Origin: Clostridia bacterium
GTDB taxonomy: Bacteria > Bacillota > Clostridia > Christensenellales > CAG-314
Assembly: GCA_036654455.1 (NCBI GenBank)
Contig: JAVVRZ010000001.1
Coordinates: 193,345-257,344 of the forward strand
DNA: 64,000 nucleotides
Direction: 5' to 3'
Shown here: positions 26,473 to 37,988 of the stretch, piece after piece
How positions within the stretch are numbered: position 1 is the first letter of the stretch
Layout of the letters: each line of letters opens with the position of its first letter
The notes under the pieces: generated by a model
Databases searched by the model: none
Seen by the model: the letters and a program-made list of their open reading frames with translations, nothing else
Told to the model about the DNA's origin: nothing
Made by a program: the position numbers and the translations under genes

Positions 26473-27317
26473 AGGTTACCTAAGTTGTCGTAAACGGCTT
26501 CGACCTGCCCTATTTGAGTTTTTTTATTGAGTAAAACTATATAGTCAAACATTTGTAAATTATCTTTCAACCTTGTTTTTATTGCTTTAAAGCTGTCGGC
26601 GTGAATTGAAGCGTATAATTTTATACCGCAACTTGTTATACTTTCAAGTTTTGTTATTTCTTCGTCGCTTAGTTCGTCGCAAATAATTACGTCGGGGTTT
26701 ACCGTTCTTATGCCAATTTGCATAGCGTAGACTTTTTCGCCTAAATAGACATCGCAATTTGTCATAGTTTCTAAGGCTATTTCTCGTCTTTCGTCAGCGA
26801 TTAAAACGTTATAATTATGTTTGCCTATAAATCTAGCAATATCTCTAAGCAAAGTAGTCTTACCACAACCCGGAGCGGAAGCTACAAGGACGTTACAAGG
26901 TGGAAAAATATATTGTTTTAGCTTGTCGCAACAACCAACAATATTATGCGGTAATCTTATTATTAGACTTGTGACGTCTTTGATTGTTCTTACTATGTTT
27001 GATTCTTTAACTAACGTTCCAACTACGCCAATGCGAATTCCATTAGAAATTGTGAGAAAACCTTGAACAATTTCCTGCGAATAAGCGTAAACCGAATGCT
27101 CGCAAGCAATAAATAAAATATCTTCTAATTGTTTGCCTGTTGTTACAAAACATTTATAGTCGCTGTTTACAAGTCCTCTATCGCTTAAATAGTTCCATTT
27201 GCCAAAAGCTAACACTCTAATTGGTTGATTTGCTCGTAGCCTCATCTCGCAAATATTGTTTATGCCAACAGCGTCTAAGACTTGTCCATATTCGGGTAAA
27301 AGACTCATCAAGTTCAT
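26463..27317 (-). CDS. spoIIIAA: stage III sporulation protein AA (secretion-type ATPase)
   Basis: 284 aa with Walker A SAPGCGKTTLLRD and Walker B-like VIICDEL. No recognisable SD lies upstream of either ATG candidate. Confidence 0.8.
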   Translation of the reverse strand: MNLMSLLPEYGQVLDAVGINNICEMRLRANQPIRVLAFGKWNYLSDRGLVNSDYKCFVTTGKQLEDILFIACEHSVYAYSQEIVQGFLTISNGIRIGVVGTLVKESNIVRTIKDVTSLIIRLPHNIVGCCDKLKQYIFPPCNVLVASAPGCGKTTLLRDIARFIGKHNYNVLIADERREIALETMTNCDVYLGEKVYAMQIGIRTVNPDVIICDELSDEEITKLESITSCGIKLYASIHADSFKAIKTRLKDNLQMFDYIVLLNKKTQIGQVEAVYDNLGNLCN

Positions 27318-27389
27318 AGTTTAATTTATGGTTTAAATCAAAGTAGTAGAACAAAAAAGAAAAATGATATTATATTAAGTAAGCATAAA

Positions 27390-27426
27390 AAATATAAAAA
27401 AATAATAGCGCCATAAAGACGCTATT
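27390..27426 (-). terminator. rho-independent terminator after efp
   Basis: Minus strand: AATAGCGUC-uuuau-GGCGCUAUU (one G-U pair) followed by AUUUUUUUAUAUUUUUU. Confidence 0.6.
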
Positions 27427-27458
27427 AAAAGTATGTAAATTTGATTAAATTAAAGATA

Positions 27459-28022
27459 TTACTTCTTAACTCTTTCCATATATTCGCCTGTGCGAGTGTC
27501 AATTCTAACGATATCGCCTTCGTTTACAAACATAGGAACAGGTACTTCATAACCCGTTTCAAGAGTTGCGGGTTTAGTAACGTTTGTAGCCGTATTGCCT
27601 ACTGCGCCGGGTTCGCAAACGGTAATTTTAAGTTCAACAAAGTTTGGAGGCTCAACTGAAAATGCCGCGCCCTTATAAAACTTAATTGTAGCTTGCATAT
27701 TCTCGGTAATGTACATTAAGGCGTCTTCGACTTGACTCTTGTTAAGAGGAACTAAGTCGTAAGATTCGTTGTCCATAAAGTAGTATAATTCGCCATCGGA
27801 ATAAGAATAGGTCATTTCTTTATTCTCAATTCTTGCTGATTCAAATTTTTCAGAAGGGTTGAAAGTTTTTTCTAAAACTGCGCCGGTAACAACGTTTTTT
27901 AATTTAGTGCGAACAAACGCCGACCCCTTACCTGGTTTAACGTGTTGGAAATCAACAACAACAAAAATGTTATTGTCGAATACGAAAGTAATGCCTTTTC
28001 TAAAATCTCCTGCTGTAATCAT
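27459..28022 (-). CDS. efp: elongation factor P
   Basis: 187 aa. Contains [19 protein letters not shown], with the conserved modified-Lys loop. Confidence 0.95.
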   Translation of the reverse strand: MITAGDFRKGITFVFDNNIFVVVDFQHVKPGKGSAFVRTKLKNVVTGAVLEKTFNPSEKFESARIENKEMTYSYSDGELYYFMDNESYDLVPLNKSQVEDALMYITENMQATIKFYKGAAFSVEPPNFVELKITVCEPGAVGNTATNVTKPATLETGYEVPVPMFVNEGDIVRIDTRTGEYMERVKK

Positions 28023-28042
28023 ATACTATCCTCCTAGATACT

Positions 28043-29113
28043 TTATAATATTATAATATCTTTTTGTGAATTTGTCAAATTGATTATTTTATCTTTTTTA
28101 ACAATTACCATATCTTCTATTCTAACTCCGCCTAAATCTGCAACATATATGCCGGGTTCGACGGTGGTAATCATATTATCTTCTAAAATATCGGTAGAAA
28201 CAGCGTTGCTAGTAGGTCTTTCGTGAATATCGATACCTACGCTATGACCTAGACCGTGATTAAAGTTGTTTGCAAAACCTGCCGAAACAATTACCTGACG
28301 AGCGAGAGCGTCAATTTCTTTGCCCATCATACCGCATTTAATGTTGGATAGACAAGCTTGTTGAGCTTGTAAAACTACATTGTAAATATTTCTCATTTCA
28401 GCGCTAGGCTTGCCAAAAAATACCGTTCTTGTCATATCCGAGCAATAACCATTGTATCTTGCGCCAAAGTCCATTGTAATTGCGTCGCCATTTTTAATTA
28501 ATTTGTCGGTAGGGTGAGCGTGAGGCTTGCTACCATTTGCTCCCGAAGCTATAATTGTTTCAAACGCTAAACCGTCTGCGCCAAATTTACGCATATAATA
28601 TTCGAGCTCTACGGCTATTTCGTGTTCGGTTACGCTTGAAGAAATAAATGATAAAATTTTAGTAAAAGCTTTGTCAGTAATTTGCTGAGCCTTAGTCATA
28701 TTGTCAATTTCAATTTGAGTTTTTGTCTTTCTTGCTTCAAGTATGCTTTCGCCTACCGGAACAAACTTATATTCGGGCAATTTTTCAAAAAGATTAACTG
28801 ACTCGGCTACTGTAATTTCGGTATCTTCATAACCTACGACTTTTGCGTTAATGTTATGTAAGAGTTCGTTTGCGCATTTGTAAGCGGCGGTTGCGTTATC
28901 GGCAAGAAATACGTCAATGCCTTTGCCAGCCATAGCTTCTTTTGCCATTTGAAAATAGCGAAAATCTGTAATATAATTTGCGCTTTCTCTTGTTAAAACA
29001 AGAATTCCAAATGAACCCGAAAACTCCGTGAAGTACAAACGGTTGTTATGCGAAGTAACAACTACGGCGTCCACATTAGGAATATAACTAAACATTCTGT
29101 CTTTTTTAAGCAT
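28043..29113 (-). CDS. pepP: Xaa-Pro aminopeptidase/dipeptidase, M24B family (YqhT-like)
   Basis: 356 aa. Metal-ligand motifs DFGARYNGYCSDMTRT, HGLGHSVG and VEPGIY. Located upstream of efp as in Bacillus. Confidence 0.85.
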   Translation of the reverse strand: MLKKDRMFSYIPNVDAVVVTSHNNRLYFTEFSGSFGILVLTRESANYITDFRYFQMAKEAMAGKGIDVFLADNATAAYKCANELLHNINAKVVGYEDTEITVAESVNLFEKLPEYKFVPVGESILEARKTKTQIEIDNMTKAQQITDKAFTKILSFISSSVTEHEIAVELEYYMRKFGADGLAFETIIASGANGSKPHAHPTDKLIKNGDAITMDFGARYNGYCSDMTRTVFFGKPSAEMRNIYNVVLQAQQACLSNIKCGMMGKEIDALARQVIVSAGFANNFNHGLGHSVGIDIHERPTSNAVSTDILEDNMITTVEPGIYVADLGGVRIEDMVIVKKDKIINLTNSQKDIIIL

Positions 29114-29128
29114 AATTAATCTCCTCTA

Positions 29129-29980
29129 TTATATATTATTATATATTTTTTTCATTGTACAAGCGTCAATATCTTGCGTGCCTGCCGATTCGCACATAAT
29201 TGTCGGGGATAAGTCAAGACATTTCAAGGCTTTCGCTAAGGGTTCAAATTCCGGGCCATAAGTCGAATTATCAAATGTAAGGTGACGTATCTCGCCAAAT
29301 TTACCAAACTCAATTTTAGAAAAATGTATATGAAGTCGTTTAGAACGTTCCCCGAGTTTTGTCAACATATTTTCTAAAATTTTGACATAATCGTCATAAG
29401 TATTAAGTTTACCTAAACTTCTCGCATAAATATGTCCAAAATCTAAGGTAGGAATATAAATGTTGTCGATTGAACAAAGTTCAATCACTTCTTCGGCTGT
29501 GCCTATTTGACTACTTTTGCCCATTGTTTCTAAGCAAATAAGGTTATTCTGCAAAGAATTGTCATAAATTAGTTGTGTTAATACTTTTAAACGTTGTTTA
29601 ACTAATTCAAAAGCATTTGCGTAAGACATTTTACCTTGCGTTCCGCTGTGGACGACAACTCTATTTCCGCCTAAGAGGTTTACCTTTTTGCAACAATTTA
29701 TGATATACATAAAAGATTTATCTATCATATCTTGACTAGGATTTGCTAGATTAATGTAATACGGCGCATGAACTGACACATCAATATTATTTTTTTTACA
29801 TTCTTGACTAATTTCTATGGCTTTGTCGTCGCCTAATGTAATACCCCTACCAAAAGAAATTTCGTAAGCGTCAAGCCCTAGTTTATTTAAATAGCTTGGA
29901 GCTTCAATTGTGTGTTTTAAACCGCTTTCAAAAAATTTTAAGCTGTTTCCACTGACGCCAAATTTAATATTTTGTTGCAT
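29129..29980 (-). CDS. TIM-barrel AP endonuclease family 2 protein (endonuclease IV-like)
   Basis: 283 aa. VHAPYYINLANP resembles the Nfo HAPYLINLA motif. VVHSG and LETMG motifs are also present. Confidence 0.55.
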   Translation of the reverse strand: MQQNIKFGVSGNSLKFFESGLKHTIEAPSYLNKLGLDAYEISFGRGITLGDDKAIEISQECKKNNIDVSVHAPYYINLANPSQDMIDKSFMYIINCCKKVNLLGGNRVVVHSGTQGKMSYANAFELVKQRLKVLTQLIYDNSLQNNLICLETMGKSSQIGTAEEVIELCSIDNIYIPTLDFGHIYARSLGKLNTYDDYVKILENMLTKLGERSKRLHIHFSKIEFGKFGEIRHLTFDNSTYGPEFEPLAKALKCLDLSPTIMCESAGTQDIDACTMKKIYNNI

Positions 29981-30854
29981 ATTCGCTGTCCGCCATAAGT
30001 TGAGCTTTTAGCTCGTTAGGATTTTTGTATATTTTGGTTTCTCTAATAAATTTAAGCAAAGTAACTGCTAATGTTTTTTGGTACAAATCACCATTAAAGC
30101 CAATAATATGAACTTCTACCAAATTTGTATAAACATTAAACGTAGGCGCTGCGCCTATATTGACTATACAGCGATATGTTTTGTCATTTAGCACGCTTTC
30201 GCCTATAAAAACGCCTTGTGGAAGAATTTTGTCATTGTCAACGGATAAATTTGCCGTAGGAAAACCTAACTTTTTGCCTTGTCCTCTACCTGCGACGACT
30301 TGTCCGCTTATAAAGAAGTCGCTACCTAATAATTTATTAGCTTCTTCGATATTACAAGAAGAAATAAGTTGTTTTATTCTTGTTGTGCTAACTTTTATAT
30401 TGTCAACGCTATATTGTTCTATTACAAAAAGCTTAATATTAGCTTTATCGCAAAGTTGTTGAAGAACTTGAACGTTTGCCTTTTGACAAGAAAAAGTATA
30501 ATCAAAACCGCAAACAAGGGCTACGATATTATGCTTAATTAATTTATCAAAAAAAGTTTGAGCGTCAAGCGAGGCAAAAGCTCGGTCAAACTCGCAATAT
30601 AGCTCTACGTCTATGTTTGTTTGTTCAAGAAGTTGAGTGCGTTCTTCAAAAGTGTATATCAACTTGTTTGAAACGCCCAAAACATTTAAAAAATTGTTAG
30701 TAAAAGTAAATAACGCCGACTTTGCATTGCAAAGGTTGGCTACTTTTTTCACATTTAAAACTATTTCTCTATGTCCTAAGTGAAGGGAATCAAAAAATCC
30801 TAAGCCTAAGACAATTTTATCTTGTTTTGGAAAGTAGAAGTCTATTCTATCCAT
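29964..30854 (-). CDS. ribF: bifunctional riboflavin kinase / FMN adenylyltransferase
   Basis: 296 aa. N-terminal GFFDSLHLGH nucleotidyltransferase motif and C-terminal GFPTANL riboflavin kinase motif. Confidence 0.9.
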   Translation of the reverse strand: MDRIDFYFPKQDKIVLGLGFFDSLHLGHREIVLNVKKVANLCNAKSALFTFTNNFLNVLGVSNKLIYTFEERTQLLEQTNIDVELYCEFDRAFASLDAQTFFDKLIKHNIVALVCGFDYTFSCQKANVQVLQQLCDKANIKLFVIEQYSVDNIKVSTTRIKQLISSCNIEEANKLLGSDFFISGQVVAGRGQGKKLGFPTANLSVDNDKILPQGVFIGESVLNDKTYRCIVNIGAAPTFNVYTNLVEVHIIGFNGDLYQKTLAVTLLKFIRETKIYKNPNELKAQLMADSEYATKY

Positions 30855-31707
30855 TATATAGGTTATACTCCATTTGCAAGGTATCGTTATTGTTTACAGC
30901 TATGCCAAACAAAGTTCCATTGCAATAAACAACAAATTTACCGTCAATTTGTTGGTTAAAAGGAATCTTTACTCCATTTGAAAGTTGACGATAAAATTCG
31001 CTGTCGATGTCTATTCGTGGTAAATCGGTAAGAGCGTAATCAATCGGCAGTAAATACTCGTCTATTTGCCCGCTTTCTTTAAGAGTATCGAGTAAAACAG
31101 AATTTTTAAGAGTAAAGCAACCGCTCTGCGTCCTTCTAAGTTTGCTCATAATAGCTAGACTACCAGTCACATTACCTAAGTCACGAGCAAGCGACCTTAT
31201 ATAAGTACCGCCACCGCAAAGAATCTCAAAAGTATATTTATTTGGTTCGGTTTGTTCAAGCAGTTGATAATTATATATCATAACCTTACGAGGCGCAAGA
31301 TTAAATTCAGCACCGCTTCGAGCTAATTTGTAAGCTCGTACGCCACCTATCGAAAGCGCCGAGTAATTGGGAGGGAGCTGTTCTATCTCGCCTATAAAGC
31401 CAGATAAAGCCCTTAAAACCATATCTTTTGTAGGAATTATCGCCGTCGTGTCAGTTACGACTCCGCTAGCGTCAAGCGTATCGGTTGAAACACCAAAAGT
31501 ATATTCGGCAATATATTTCTTTTGCTTAAAGGTTAAATAGTCAAATAGCTTAGTTGCCTTGCCTATTGCAACGGGCAATACACCGGTAGCGTCAGGGTCT
31601 AGCGTGCCTAAATGCCCGACTTTTGCCTTAGTCAATCTTTTTACAACCGCTACTGCCTTAGCCGAACTTATACCTTGTAATTTATCTATAATTATAAAAC
31701 CGTCCAC
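30847..31707 (-). CDS. truB: tRNA pseudouridine(55) synthase
   Basis: 286 aa with catalytic motif GHLGTLDPDATGVL. Confidence 0.9.
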   Translation of the reverse strand: MDGFIIIDKLQGISSAKAVAVVKRLTKAKVGHLGTLDPDATGVLPVAIGKATKLFDYLTFKQKKYIAEYTFGVSTDTLDASGVVTDTTAIIPTKDMVLRALSGFIGEIEQLPPNYSALSIGGVRAYKLARSGAEFNLAPRKVMIYNYQLLEQTEPNKYTFEILCGGGTYIRSLARDLGNVTGSLAIMSKLRRTQSGCFTLKNSVLLDTLKESGQIDEYLLPIDYALTDLPRIDIDSEFYRQLSNGVKIPFNQQIDGKFVVYCNGTLFGIAVNNNDTLQMEYNLYNG

Positions 31708-31801
31708 TTGTTTATCCTTTAAGTATACTAAATAATTTAAAAAATAAGTAAAAATTCTACTAAATTAAAGAACCTTTACAATACTTTAAGTAAAATTGTT
31801 G

Positions 31802-32779
31802 CTAAATTAAGTTAAGGCGAGATAGCGTATCTTCGACTTCTCTTTTAATTTTTTCGAGAACGTCTTCAAAAAATCCGCTAATTTGACAACCCGAAGCAAA
31901 TTGATGTCCCCCGCCACCGAAAAATTCGCAAATTTCTCTTATTGATACATCTTTACCACGCATACTGACTTTATAAACATTTTCAGCGTATTCAAAAACT
32001 GATACTGCAATTTTTGCCGTGTTGATGTTGATAGCGTAATTTACTACGTCGCTTGCGTCCTCGGCCGTACAATTATAGTCTGCAAGGTCTTTTTTCATAA
32101 TATATACAAGACAATACAAGCCGTCGTAATAAGAACGGACACGTTCAAGCATACGACCTAGCAGTTTTGTGCGGTTAAAACTAATTTCTTTAAAAAAAGT
32201 GCGATTGACTTTGGTAATACTTACATTGTGTCTAGCTAGATAACTTGCGTTTGCAAGCGTATCAGCCGTTGTATTTGCGTGTGAGAAGTTACCTGTATCC
32301 GTGCTAATTGCAAGATAAAGTAAATTTGCAAGCGTTGAATCGATATTAACATTTAATACTTTAATTATATCTAGAATAATTTCTGCTGTTGAAGAAGTGT
32401 TGAATAAACAGTTATAAACCGCATAAGGCAAACCATTGTGGTGGTCGATAGAGAGAGTATTTAAAGATTGGCTAAATTCGCCTGAAAGCTCCCCTAGTCT
32501 AAACACATCTCCGCAATCAATAGCTACTATAAGGTCAAATTTTTCTTCAATTTTAGAATATATTTGAAAATTTTCGGGAATAAAACGAGATATTTTTTCG
32601 TTAGGTTGCTCGTCGCAAAAGACTTTGCAGGTCTTATTTAGTTGGGAAAGGGATAGACTTAGCCCGATGGCGCTACCAATAGTATCTCCATCGGGATTAG
32701 AATGACATATTAAAGCAATTTTATTAAACTTAATTAATAAATCTGCTGTTTCTTGTGTTGAAAGTAAAATTTTTTTCAT
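31802..32779 (-). CDS. nrnA: DHH/DHHA1 phosphoesterase (NrnA-type nanoRNase / pAp phosphatase)
   Basis: 325 aa with HSNPDGDTIGS, DHH (SIDHHN) and GGGH motifs. Confidence 0.8.
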   Translation of the reverse strand: MKKILLSTQETADLLIKFNKIALICHSNPDGDTIGSAIGLSLSLSQLNKTCKVFCDEQPNEKISRFIPENFQIYSKIEEKFDLIVAIDCGDVFRLGELSGEFSQSLNTLSIDHHNGLPYAVYNCLFNTSSTAEIILDIIKVLNVNIDSTLANLLYLAISTDTGNFSHANTTADTLANASYLARHNVSITKVNRTFFKEISFNRTKLLGRMLERVRSYYDGLYCLVYIMKKDLADYNCTAEDASDVVNYAININTAKIAVSVFEYAENVYKVSMRGKDVSIREICEFFGGGGHQFASGCQISGFFEDVLEKIKREVEDTLSRLNLI

Positions 32780-32787
32780 TTTTCTCG

Positions 32788-33186
32788 CTATTTTTTGTCG
32801 CCATTATTCTCGCCATTGTCAAGAACGTCTTGTTGAAGCGGTTCTTCTTTGATTTCAGCTAACAATTCGTTTATTTTGTTAGAATGTTCGTAACTGTGGT
32901 CTAACTCAAAAAAAAGTTGTGGCACTGCTCTAATTCGCATAGTTTTAAGTAAACAATTGCGAATAAAACCCGCCGAAGACTGCAAACCTTCAAATGTGCG
33001 TTTAGACGCTTCGCTTGAAGTAGAGTAAATACTTACATATACCTTAGCAAAAGTCAACTCGGTATCGCAAGTAACCTCAGTAATGGTAAACATCTCGGTA
33101 ATATTTGGATTTTTTACTTTTTTATTGATAATTTCAGTGATATTTTTTCTAAATTCACTATTTAACTTTTCAATTCTGTCGCTCAT
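32788..33186 (-). CDS. rbfA: ribosome-binding factor A
   Basis: 132 aa. RbfA pattern (VTCDTELTFAKVYVS...IRAVPQLFF) and position after infB. Confidence 0.85.
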   Translation of the reverse strand: MSDRIEKLNSEFRKNITEIINKKVKNPNITEMFTITEVTCDTELTFAKVYVSIYSTSSEASKRTFEGLQSSAGFIRNCLLKTMRIRAVPQLFFELDHSYEHSNKINELLAEIKEEPLQQDVLDNGENNGDKK

Positions 33187-33234
33187 AAATTTCCTATAAT
33201 TACAAAACTGTAATTTAATGTTTAATAGTTTTAA

Positions 33235-35961
33235 TTATTGTTTAATTTGTTCGATAATATACGCTTCGATAACGTCGTCTTCTTTAATGTCGTTATAATT
33301 TTCAATAGTTATACCGCATTCGTAATCGCTAGCGACTTCTTTTACATCGTCCTTAAAGCGTTTGAGCGTATCGATTACGCCCTCGAATATTAAAACGTCG
33401 TTTCTATATAATCTAACCTTGGCGATTCTGGTGATTTTACCGTTTGTAACGTAGCAACCGGCAATTGTACCGACGCTACTAGCCTTATAAATTTTACGAA
33501 CCGATGCCGAACCAATAACCACTTCTTTAAATTTAGGCGAAAGCATACCGTGAATTGCTGCGTCAATGTCGTTAACTGCATCATAAATAATACGATAAAG
33601 TCTAATATCGACGTGTTCTGCCTCTGCGCTAATCTTCGCCGCATTGTCAGCTCTTACGTTAAAACCAATTATAATGGCGTTACTTGACTTAGCCAAACTT
33701 ACGTCGGTTTCATTAATTGCGCCTACGCCACCGTGAATGGACTCGACTCTAACTTCTTCGTTGCCAACCTTAGACAGAGCCATTTTAATAGCGTCTAGAC
33801 TACCTTGCACGTCGGTTTTGATTATTAGATTGAGAACTTTCATATTATCTTGGTCAATTTTACCAAAGAAATCGTCAAGCGTAACAGGAGCGGTTGAAGT
33901 CTTGCTTTCTTCTCTTATCTTAGTCGTTCTTTCGTCGGCAACCTTACGAATAAGTTTTTCATCGGCTACATATAAGAAGTCGCCTGCATTAGGCACTTCG
34001 GAAAAACCTACTACTTCGGCTGGCCACGAAGGTAACGCCTTAGTAATTTTTCTTCCCTTGTCGTCGGTCATAGCTCTAATTTTGCCTGTCGCAGTGCCTG
34101 CGATTACATAGTCGCCAACTCTTAAAGTACCATTGCTTACAAGAACGGTTGCTACAACGCCACGACCCTTATCAAGTCTTGACTCAATTACCGTGCCTGC
34201 GCCTTTTTTGTCGGGGTTAGCTCTAAGCTCTTTAACTTCGGCAACTGTAAGAATAGCTTCTAGTAATTCGTCAATACCTTGACCTGTCTTTGCTGAAACG
34301 GGTACCATAATCGTATCGCCACCCCATTCTTCTGTTACAAGGTTAAATTCGGTTAATTGTTGTTTGATACGCTCGATATTTGCTTCGGGTTTGTCTACTT
34401 TGTTAATAGCTACTATAATAGAAACTCCCGCAGCCTTAGCGTGAGAAATTGCCTCGATTGTTTGTGGCATAACGCCGTCGTCGGCTGCTACAACAATTAT
34501 CGCAACGTCGGTAACTTGCGCTCCCCTTGCTCTCATCTTAGTAAATGCTGCGTGACCCGGGGTATCGATAAAAGTAATTTGCTCGCCGTTAATCGAAGCG
34601 ATATAAGCGCCTATATGTTGAGTAATTCCGCCGGCTTCTCCCGTTGCTACCTTAGTCTTACGAATTGCGTCAAGCAGAGAAGTTTTGCCGTGGTCTACGT
34701 GTCCCATTACGGTTACAATAGGCGGTCGTTTAGCATTATCGGGAAGATTGTCTTCAAATCCGTTATCCGTCATCATTTCTTCGGCGGTCTTATCAAGTTT
34801 TAATTCAAGTTCGACGCCAAAGCCATTTGCGATGTACGCTGCGTATTCAAAGTCAACAGAATCGTTAATATTTTTAAGTATGCCTTCTTTAAATAATTGC
34901 TTAATTATTTCAGTTGCAGGTTTACCTATCTTATCGCTCAAAACCTTAATTGGAACGTCTTGGGTTGAAATTATAGCTTTGTCGATTTTTTTCATTGGGG
35001 CAATAATAATTTGTTGCTTTTTGCCTCTTGGCTTACTGCGAATTCTACCTTCCTCGTCCTCTGGCGAATAAGTGCGTGTGACAAGGGTGCGTTTATTGAT
35101 TTGTTTCTTGTCGTCTGGCTTATCGTGAGTTTTATTTTTATTGCCAAAAGTCTTTGCAACGCCGGTATTTACTATTGGCGCAGTCGTCGGGTGGAGAGGT
35201 TTTTTAACTATTGGTCTAGTCGCACTAGTGTCTTGGTCTTTATTTTGTATAAATTTACCGCCAAAAGGAGCTTTTGCGCCGTTACTGGTATTATTATTGT
35301 AAGGCGGTCTAGTCGTACTAGCGTTAGGATTTCTTGGATATCTTTCGCCAACGTTTGCGGGTTTTTTGGGATAAGTTGGTGGTGGCGTAGGCTGTAAGAA
35401 CCTTCTTACAGTAACGTTGCCTTTTTCGTCAGTATTTGTTTTAGTTGAAATATTAGGATTTGCTAGCGTAGGTTGCGCTGCGCTACTTGTAGCGTTAGAA
35501 TTTTGAGAAATTCTCTTTTCTTTTTTAGGCTCGACCTTTTGGCTAACTTCGGTAGGCTTAATTGGTTCGACTTTTTCTTTAACTTCGATAGGTTTGCTAT
35601 CTTTGTTAACTTGCGGTTTTACTTCAACACTTTCGGGCGTTGCTTCAACTTCGTTATTTGCTTTTGGCTCGGTTGGTTTGACCTCAACTTGCTGTTTTGC
35701 CTCGCTGATAACTTGCGGTACTACTTCTTCGATAATTTGCTGTTCTTGCGAAAAAATAGCATCGTTAACACTCTTGGCAAATTCGTTTTTCTTCATAGAG
35801 ATAGAAACGTCAATCTCATCTAATTGAAGTTTAGCAGACCTTATAAGTTGTGATAGCTTAGTAGCCTTAGCTTTTGTACTCTTGATATTTCTAAGGTTGT
35901 CAAAACTTTGTGTGTTTTCAGTTGTAGTCTTAATTTCGGTTGTCAAACCCATTACCTCCAA
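33235..35961 (-). CDS. infB: translation initiation factor IF-2
   Basis: 908 aa. GTPase motifs [17 protein letters not shown] and NKVD. The N-terminal region is long, low-complexity and Lys/Pro/Glu/Val-rich. Confidence 0.95.
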   Translation of the reverse strand: MEVMGLTTEIKTTTENTQSFDNLRNIKSTKAKATKLSQLIRSAKLQLDEIDVSISMKKNEFAKSVNDAIFSQEQQIIEEVVPQVISEAKQQVEVKPTEPKANNEVEATPESVEVKPQVNKDSKPIEVKEKVEPIKPTEVSQKVEPKKEKRISQNSNATSSAAQPTLANPNISTKTNTDEKGNVTVRRFLQPTPPPTYPKKPANVGERYPRNPNASTTRPPYNNNTSNGAKAPFGGKFIQNKDQDTSATRPIVKKPLHPTTAPIVNTGVAKTFGNKNKTHDKPDDKKQINKRTLVTRTYSPEDEEGRIRSKPRGKKQQIIIAPMKKIDKAIISTQDVPIKVLSDKIGKPATEIIKQLFKEGILKNINDSVDFEYAAYIANGFGVELELKLDKTAEEMMTDNGFEDNLPDNAKRPPIVTVMGHVDHGKTSLLDAIRKTKVATGEAGGITQHIGAYIASINGEQITFIDTPGHAAFTKMRARGAQVTDVAIIVVAADDGVMPQTIEAISHAKAAGVSIIVAINKVDKPEANIERIKQQLTEFNLVTEEWGGDTIMVPVSAKTGQGIDELLEAILTVAEVKELRANPDKKGAGTVIESRLDKGRGVVATVLVSNGTLRVGDYVIAGTATGKIRAMTDDKGRKITKALPSWPAEVVGFSEVPNAGDFLYVADEKLIRKVADERTTKIREESKTSTAPVTLDDFFGKIDQDNMKVLNLIIKTDVQGSLDAIKMALSKVGNEEVRVESIHGGVGAINETDVSLAKSSNAIIIGFNVRADNAAKISAEAEHVDIRLYRIIYDAVNDIDAAIHGMLSPKFKEVVIGSASVRKIYKASSVGTIAGCYVTNGKITRIAKVRLYRNDVLIFEGVIDTLKRFKDDVKEVASDYECGITIENYNDIKEDDVIEAYIIEQIKQ

Positions 35962-35965
35962 ATGT

Positions 35966-36226
35966 TTAGCCTAGAAGTTCTTCTTCTAATTGTTTATATA
36001 CGTCTTTGCTAATTTCACAGCTAAGACTTCTACTTATTGCTTTGCTCTTGATACACTTATTTAAGCACGCTGTATCTTTACAAATATAAACGCCCCTACC
36101 ATTAAGTTTACCAGATTTATCGATTACGATTTGCCCTTCGGGTGTGTGGACTATTCGCAATAATAAATTTTTATCTTTTTGCTGTTTGCAACCAACACAG
36201 GTGCGTTGAGGAATTTTTTTGTTCAT
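35966..36226 (-). CDS. ylxR: YlxR family RNA-binding protein (DUF448)
   Basis: 86 aa. Contains RTCVGCKQ...GRGVYIC and lies between nusA and infB. Confidence 0.8.
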   Translation of the reverse strand: MNKKIPQRTCVGCKQQKDKNLLLRIVHTPEGQIVIDKSGKLNGRGVYICKDTACLNKCIKSKAISRSLSCEISKDVYKQLEEELLG

Positions 36227-36291
36227 AGTTTTGTTAATTAAACACCATTTATTATTATATCATAAATATAGAAACTTGCGTTAAATATCTA

Positions 36292-37485
36292 TTAATTATT
36301 ATCAGGTTTTGTATCTATATCAAGATTTTCGTCTAAAATTTTTGCTATAATAGGATTTACTTCTTGACTTTGGATATTTTCTTCATTTAAGGTAGGCTCA
36401 TCTTCTTGAACGGTATCGTTAGCGTCAAATAGACCGCTTGCAAGAGCAACGCTATAAGATTTAACGTCAATTTTCCAACCTGTAAGACGAGCGGCCAAAC
36501 GGGCATTTTGTCCGTCTTTGCCAATAGCCAATGATAGTTTATCATCGGGAACAATTACCTTAGCTTCTTTAAGATTTTCATCGGCTTGAACCATAAGAAC
36601 TTTTGCAGGAGAAAGCGAACGAGCGATAAAATCGATAATATCTGCGCTCCACGGAATAATGTCAATTTTTTCTCCGCCTATTTCGCCTACGATTGCATTT
36701 ACTCTTGTGCCGTGATTGCCTACGCAAGAGCCAACTGCGTCAATTTCGGGGTCAAGCGAAGTAACGGCAATTTTTGTGCGGAAACCCGCTTCTCTAACTA
36801 TGCTTTTAATTTGTATAATACCCGAACGAATTTCTGGAACTTCATTTTCAAACAACCTTTTGATAAAACCAAAAGTTGTTCTTGAAAGCATAACCTGCGT
36901 ACCTTTAAGACCTTCTTTAACTTTTTTGACAAAAACTTTAATTTTATCCCCGGGCGCAAATTTTTCGCCGGGAATTTGGTCAGAGCGTAGCAAAATACCT
37001 TCCATTTGATTTTTGCCTATTTCTACAAAAATTGTGCCGTCTTCTTTAATTCTAGACACTACGCCGATTAAAAGTTCATTTTCTTTTTCGATATATTGAC
37101 TGTAAGTAATATCTTTTTCAGCTTGTTGAAGAAGATTTAAAATAGTATTTTTTGCTGTTTGAGCGGCAATTCTACCAAAGTCTTTGGGAGAAATTTCATT
37201 AATAACTTGGTCGCCGATATTATATGTCTTTTTAAATTCACGAGCTTCTTCAAGCGACAGTTCTTTTTCGGGTTCAACGACTTCTTCAACTACATTTTTA
37301 TAGGTAAATACTCTTATCGTTGACTTTTCGGGATTAAGCTTAACTGTAACATTAAGCGCTTCGCCATAAGATTTTTTGCAAGCGTACGTCAACGCCGATT
37401 CGAGCGCCTTAATAAATACGTCTTGGTCAATACCTTTCTCTTTTTGCAAATCTTCCAAAGCAATAAAAAATTCTTTGCTTATCAT
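36292..37485 (-). CDS. nusA: transcription termination/antitermination factor NusA
   Basis: 397 aa with an N-terminal domain, S1 and two KH domains (GxxGxNARLAARLTGWKIDV). Confidence 0.95.
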   Translation of the reverse strand: MISKEFFIALEDLQKEKGIDQDVFIKALESALTYACKKSYGEALNVTVKLNPEKSTIRVFTYKNVVEEVVEPEKELSLEEAREFKKTYNIGDQVINEISPKDFGRIAAQTAKNTILNLLQQAEKDITYSQYIEKENELLIGVVSRIKEDGTIFVEIGKNQMEGILLRSDQIPGEKFAPGDKIKVFVKKVKEGLKGTQVMLSRTTFGFIKRLFENEVPEIRSGIIQIKSIVREAGFRTKIAVTSLDPEIDAVGSCVGNHGTRVNAIVGEIGGEKIDIIPWSADIIDFIARSLSPAKVLMVQADENLKEAKVIVPDDKLSLAIGKDGQNARLAARLTGWKIDVKSYSVALASGLFDANDTVQEDEPTLNEENIQSQEVNPIIAKILDENLDIDTKPDNN

Positions 37486-37507
37486 CTTTATATCCTCCGA
37501 TTAATTG

Positions 37508-37966
37508 TTAAAACTCTATATACGGCGTTATTTTTGCCGTAAGTGACTTCTTAAATGTGATTGGTTTATTATCTACTAATATTGTAACGTCTTCGTCAGT
37601 TTGAGATACCAACAAGCCGACATATTGCTTATGACCTAGGTAAGGAGCGTACAGCTTGACTACAACTTGTTTGCCACTGTTTTTTTGAAAATCCCATTCG
37701 GTTACAATAGCACGGTCTAAACCGGGAGAAGAAACGTTTAGAATATAGGACTGGTCGTCAGTAGGGTTAAGGTCGTCTAAGGGCTGGTCAATAGCTCTAT
37801 GCAAGGCTTCGCAATCGACAATTCCAACGCCCTCTTTCTTGTCGATAACGACAATTAAGTGCATTCCGTCAAATTGCTTAACATAATTAACTTCTACTAA
37901 ATATAGTCCTAAACTTTCGGCTATTGGCCTTACAAGTTGTTCGACATATTGACTAATTTTACTCAT
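37508..37966 (-). CDS. rimP: ribosome maturation factor RimP
   Basis: 152 aa, first gene of the rimP-nusA-infB operon, with the SSPGLDR motif. Confidence 0.85.
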   Translation of the reverse strand: MSKISQYVEQLVRPIAESLGLYLVEVNYVKQFDGMHLIVVIDKKEGVGIVDCEALHRAIDQPLDDLNPTDDQSYILNVSSPGLDRAIVTEWDFQKNSGKQVVVKLYAPYLGHKQYVGLLVSQTDEDVTILVDNKPITFKKSLTAKITPYIEF

Positions 37967-37988
37967 AAAAACATCCTTACATAAATAT

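Noticed and set aside
27318-27400. Search for a sigma-E type promoter and an SD upstream of spoIIIAA.
   Set aside because: Only weak partial matches were found (CCATAAATT a few nt from the ATG, and several ATATT strings), and none has correct spacing. In DNA this AT-rich, such matches are not credible without TSS data.
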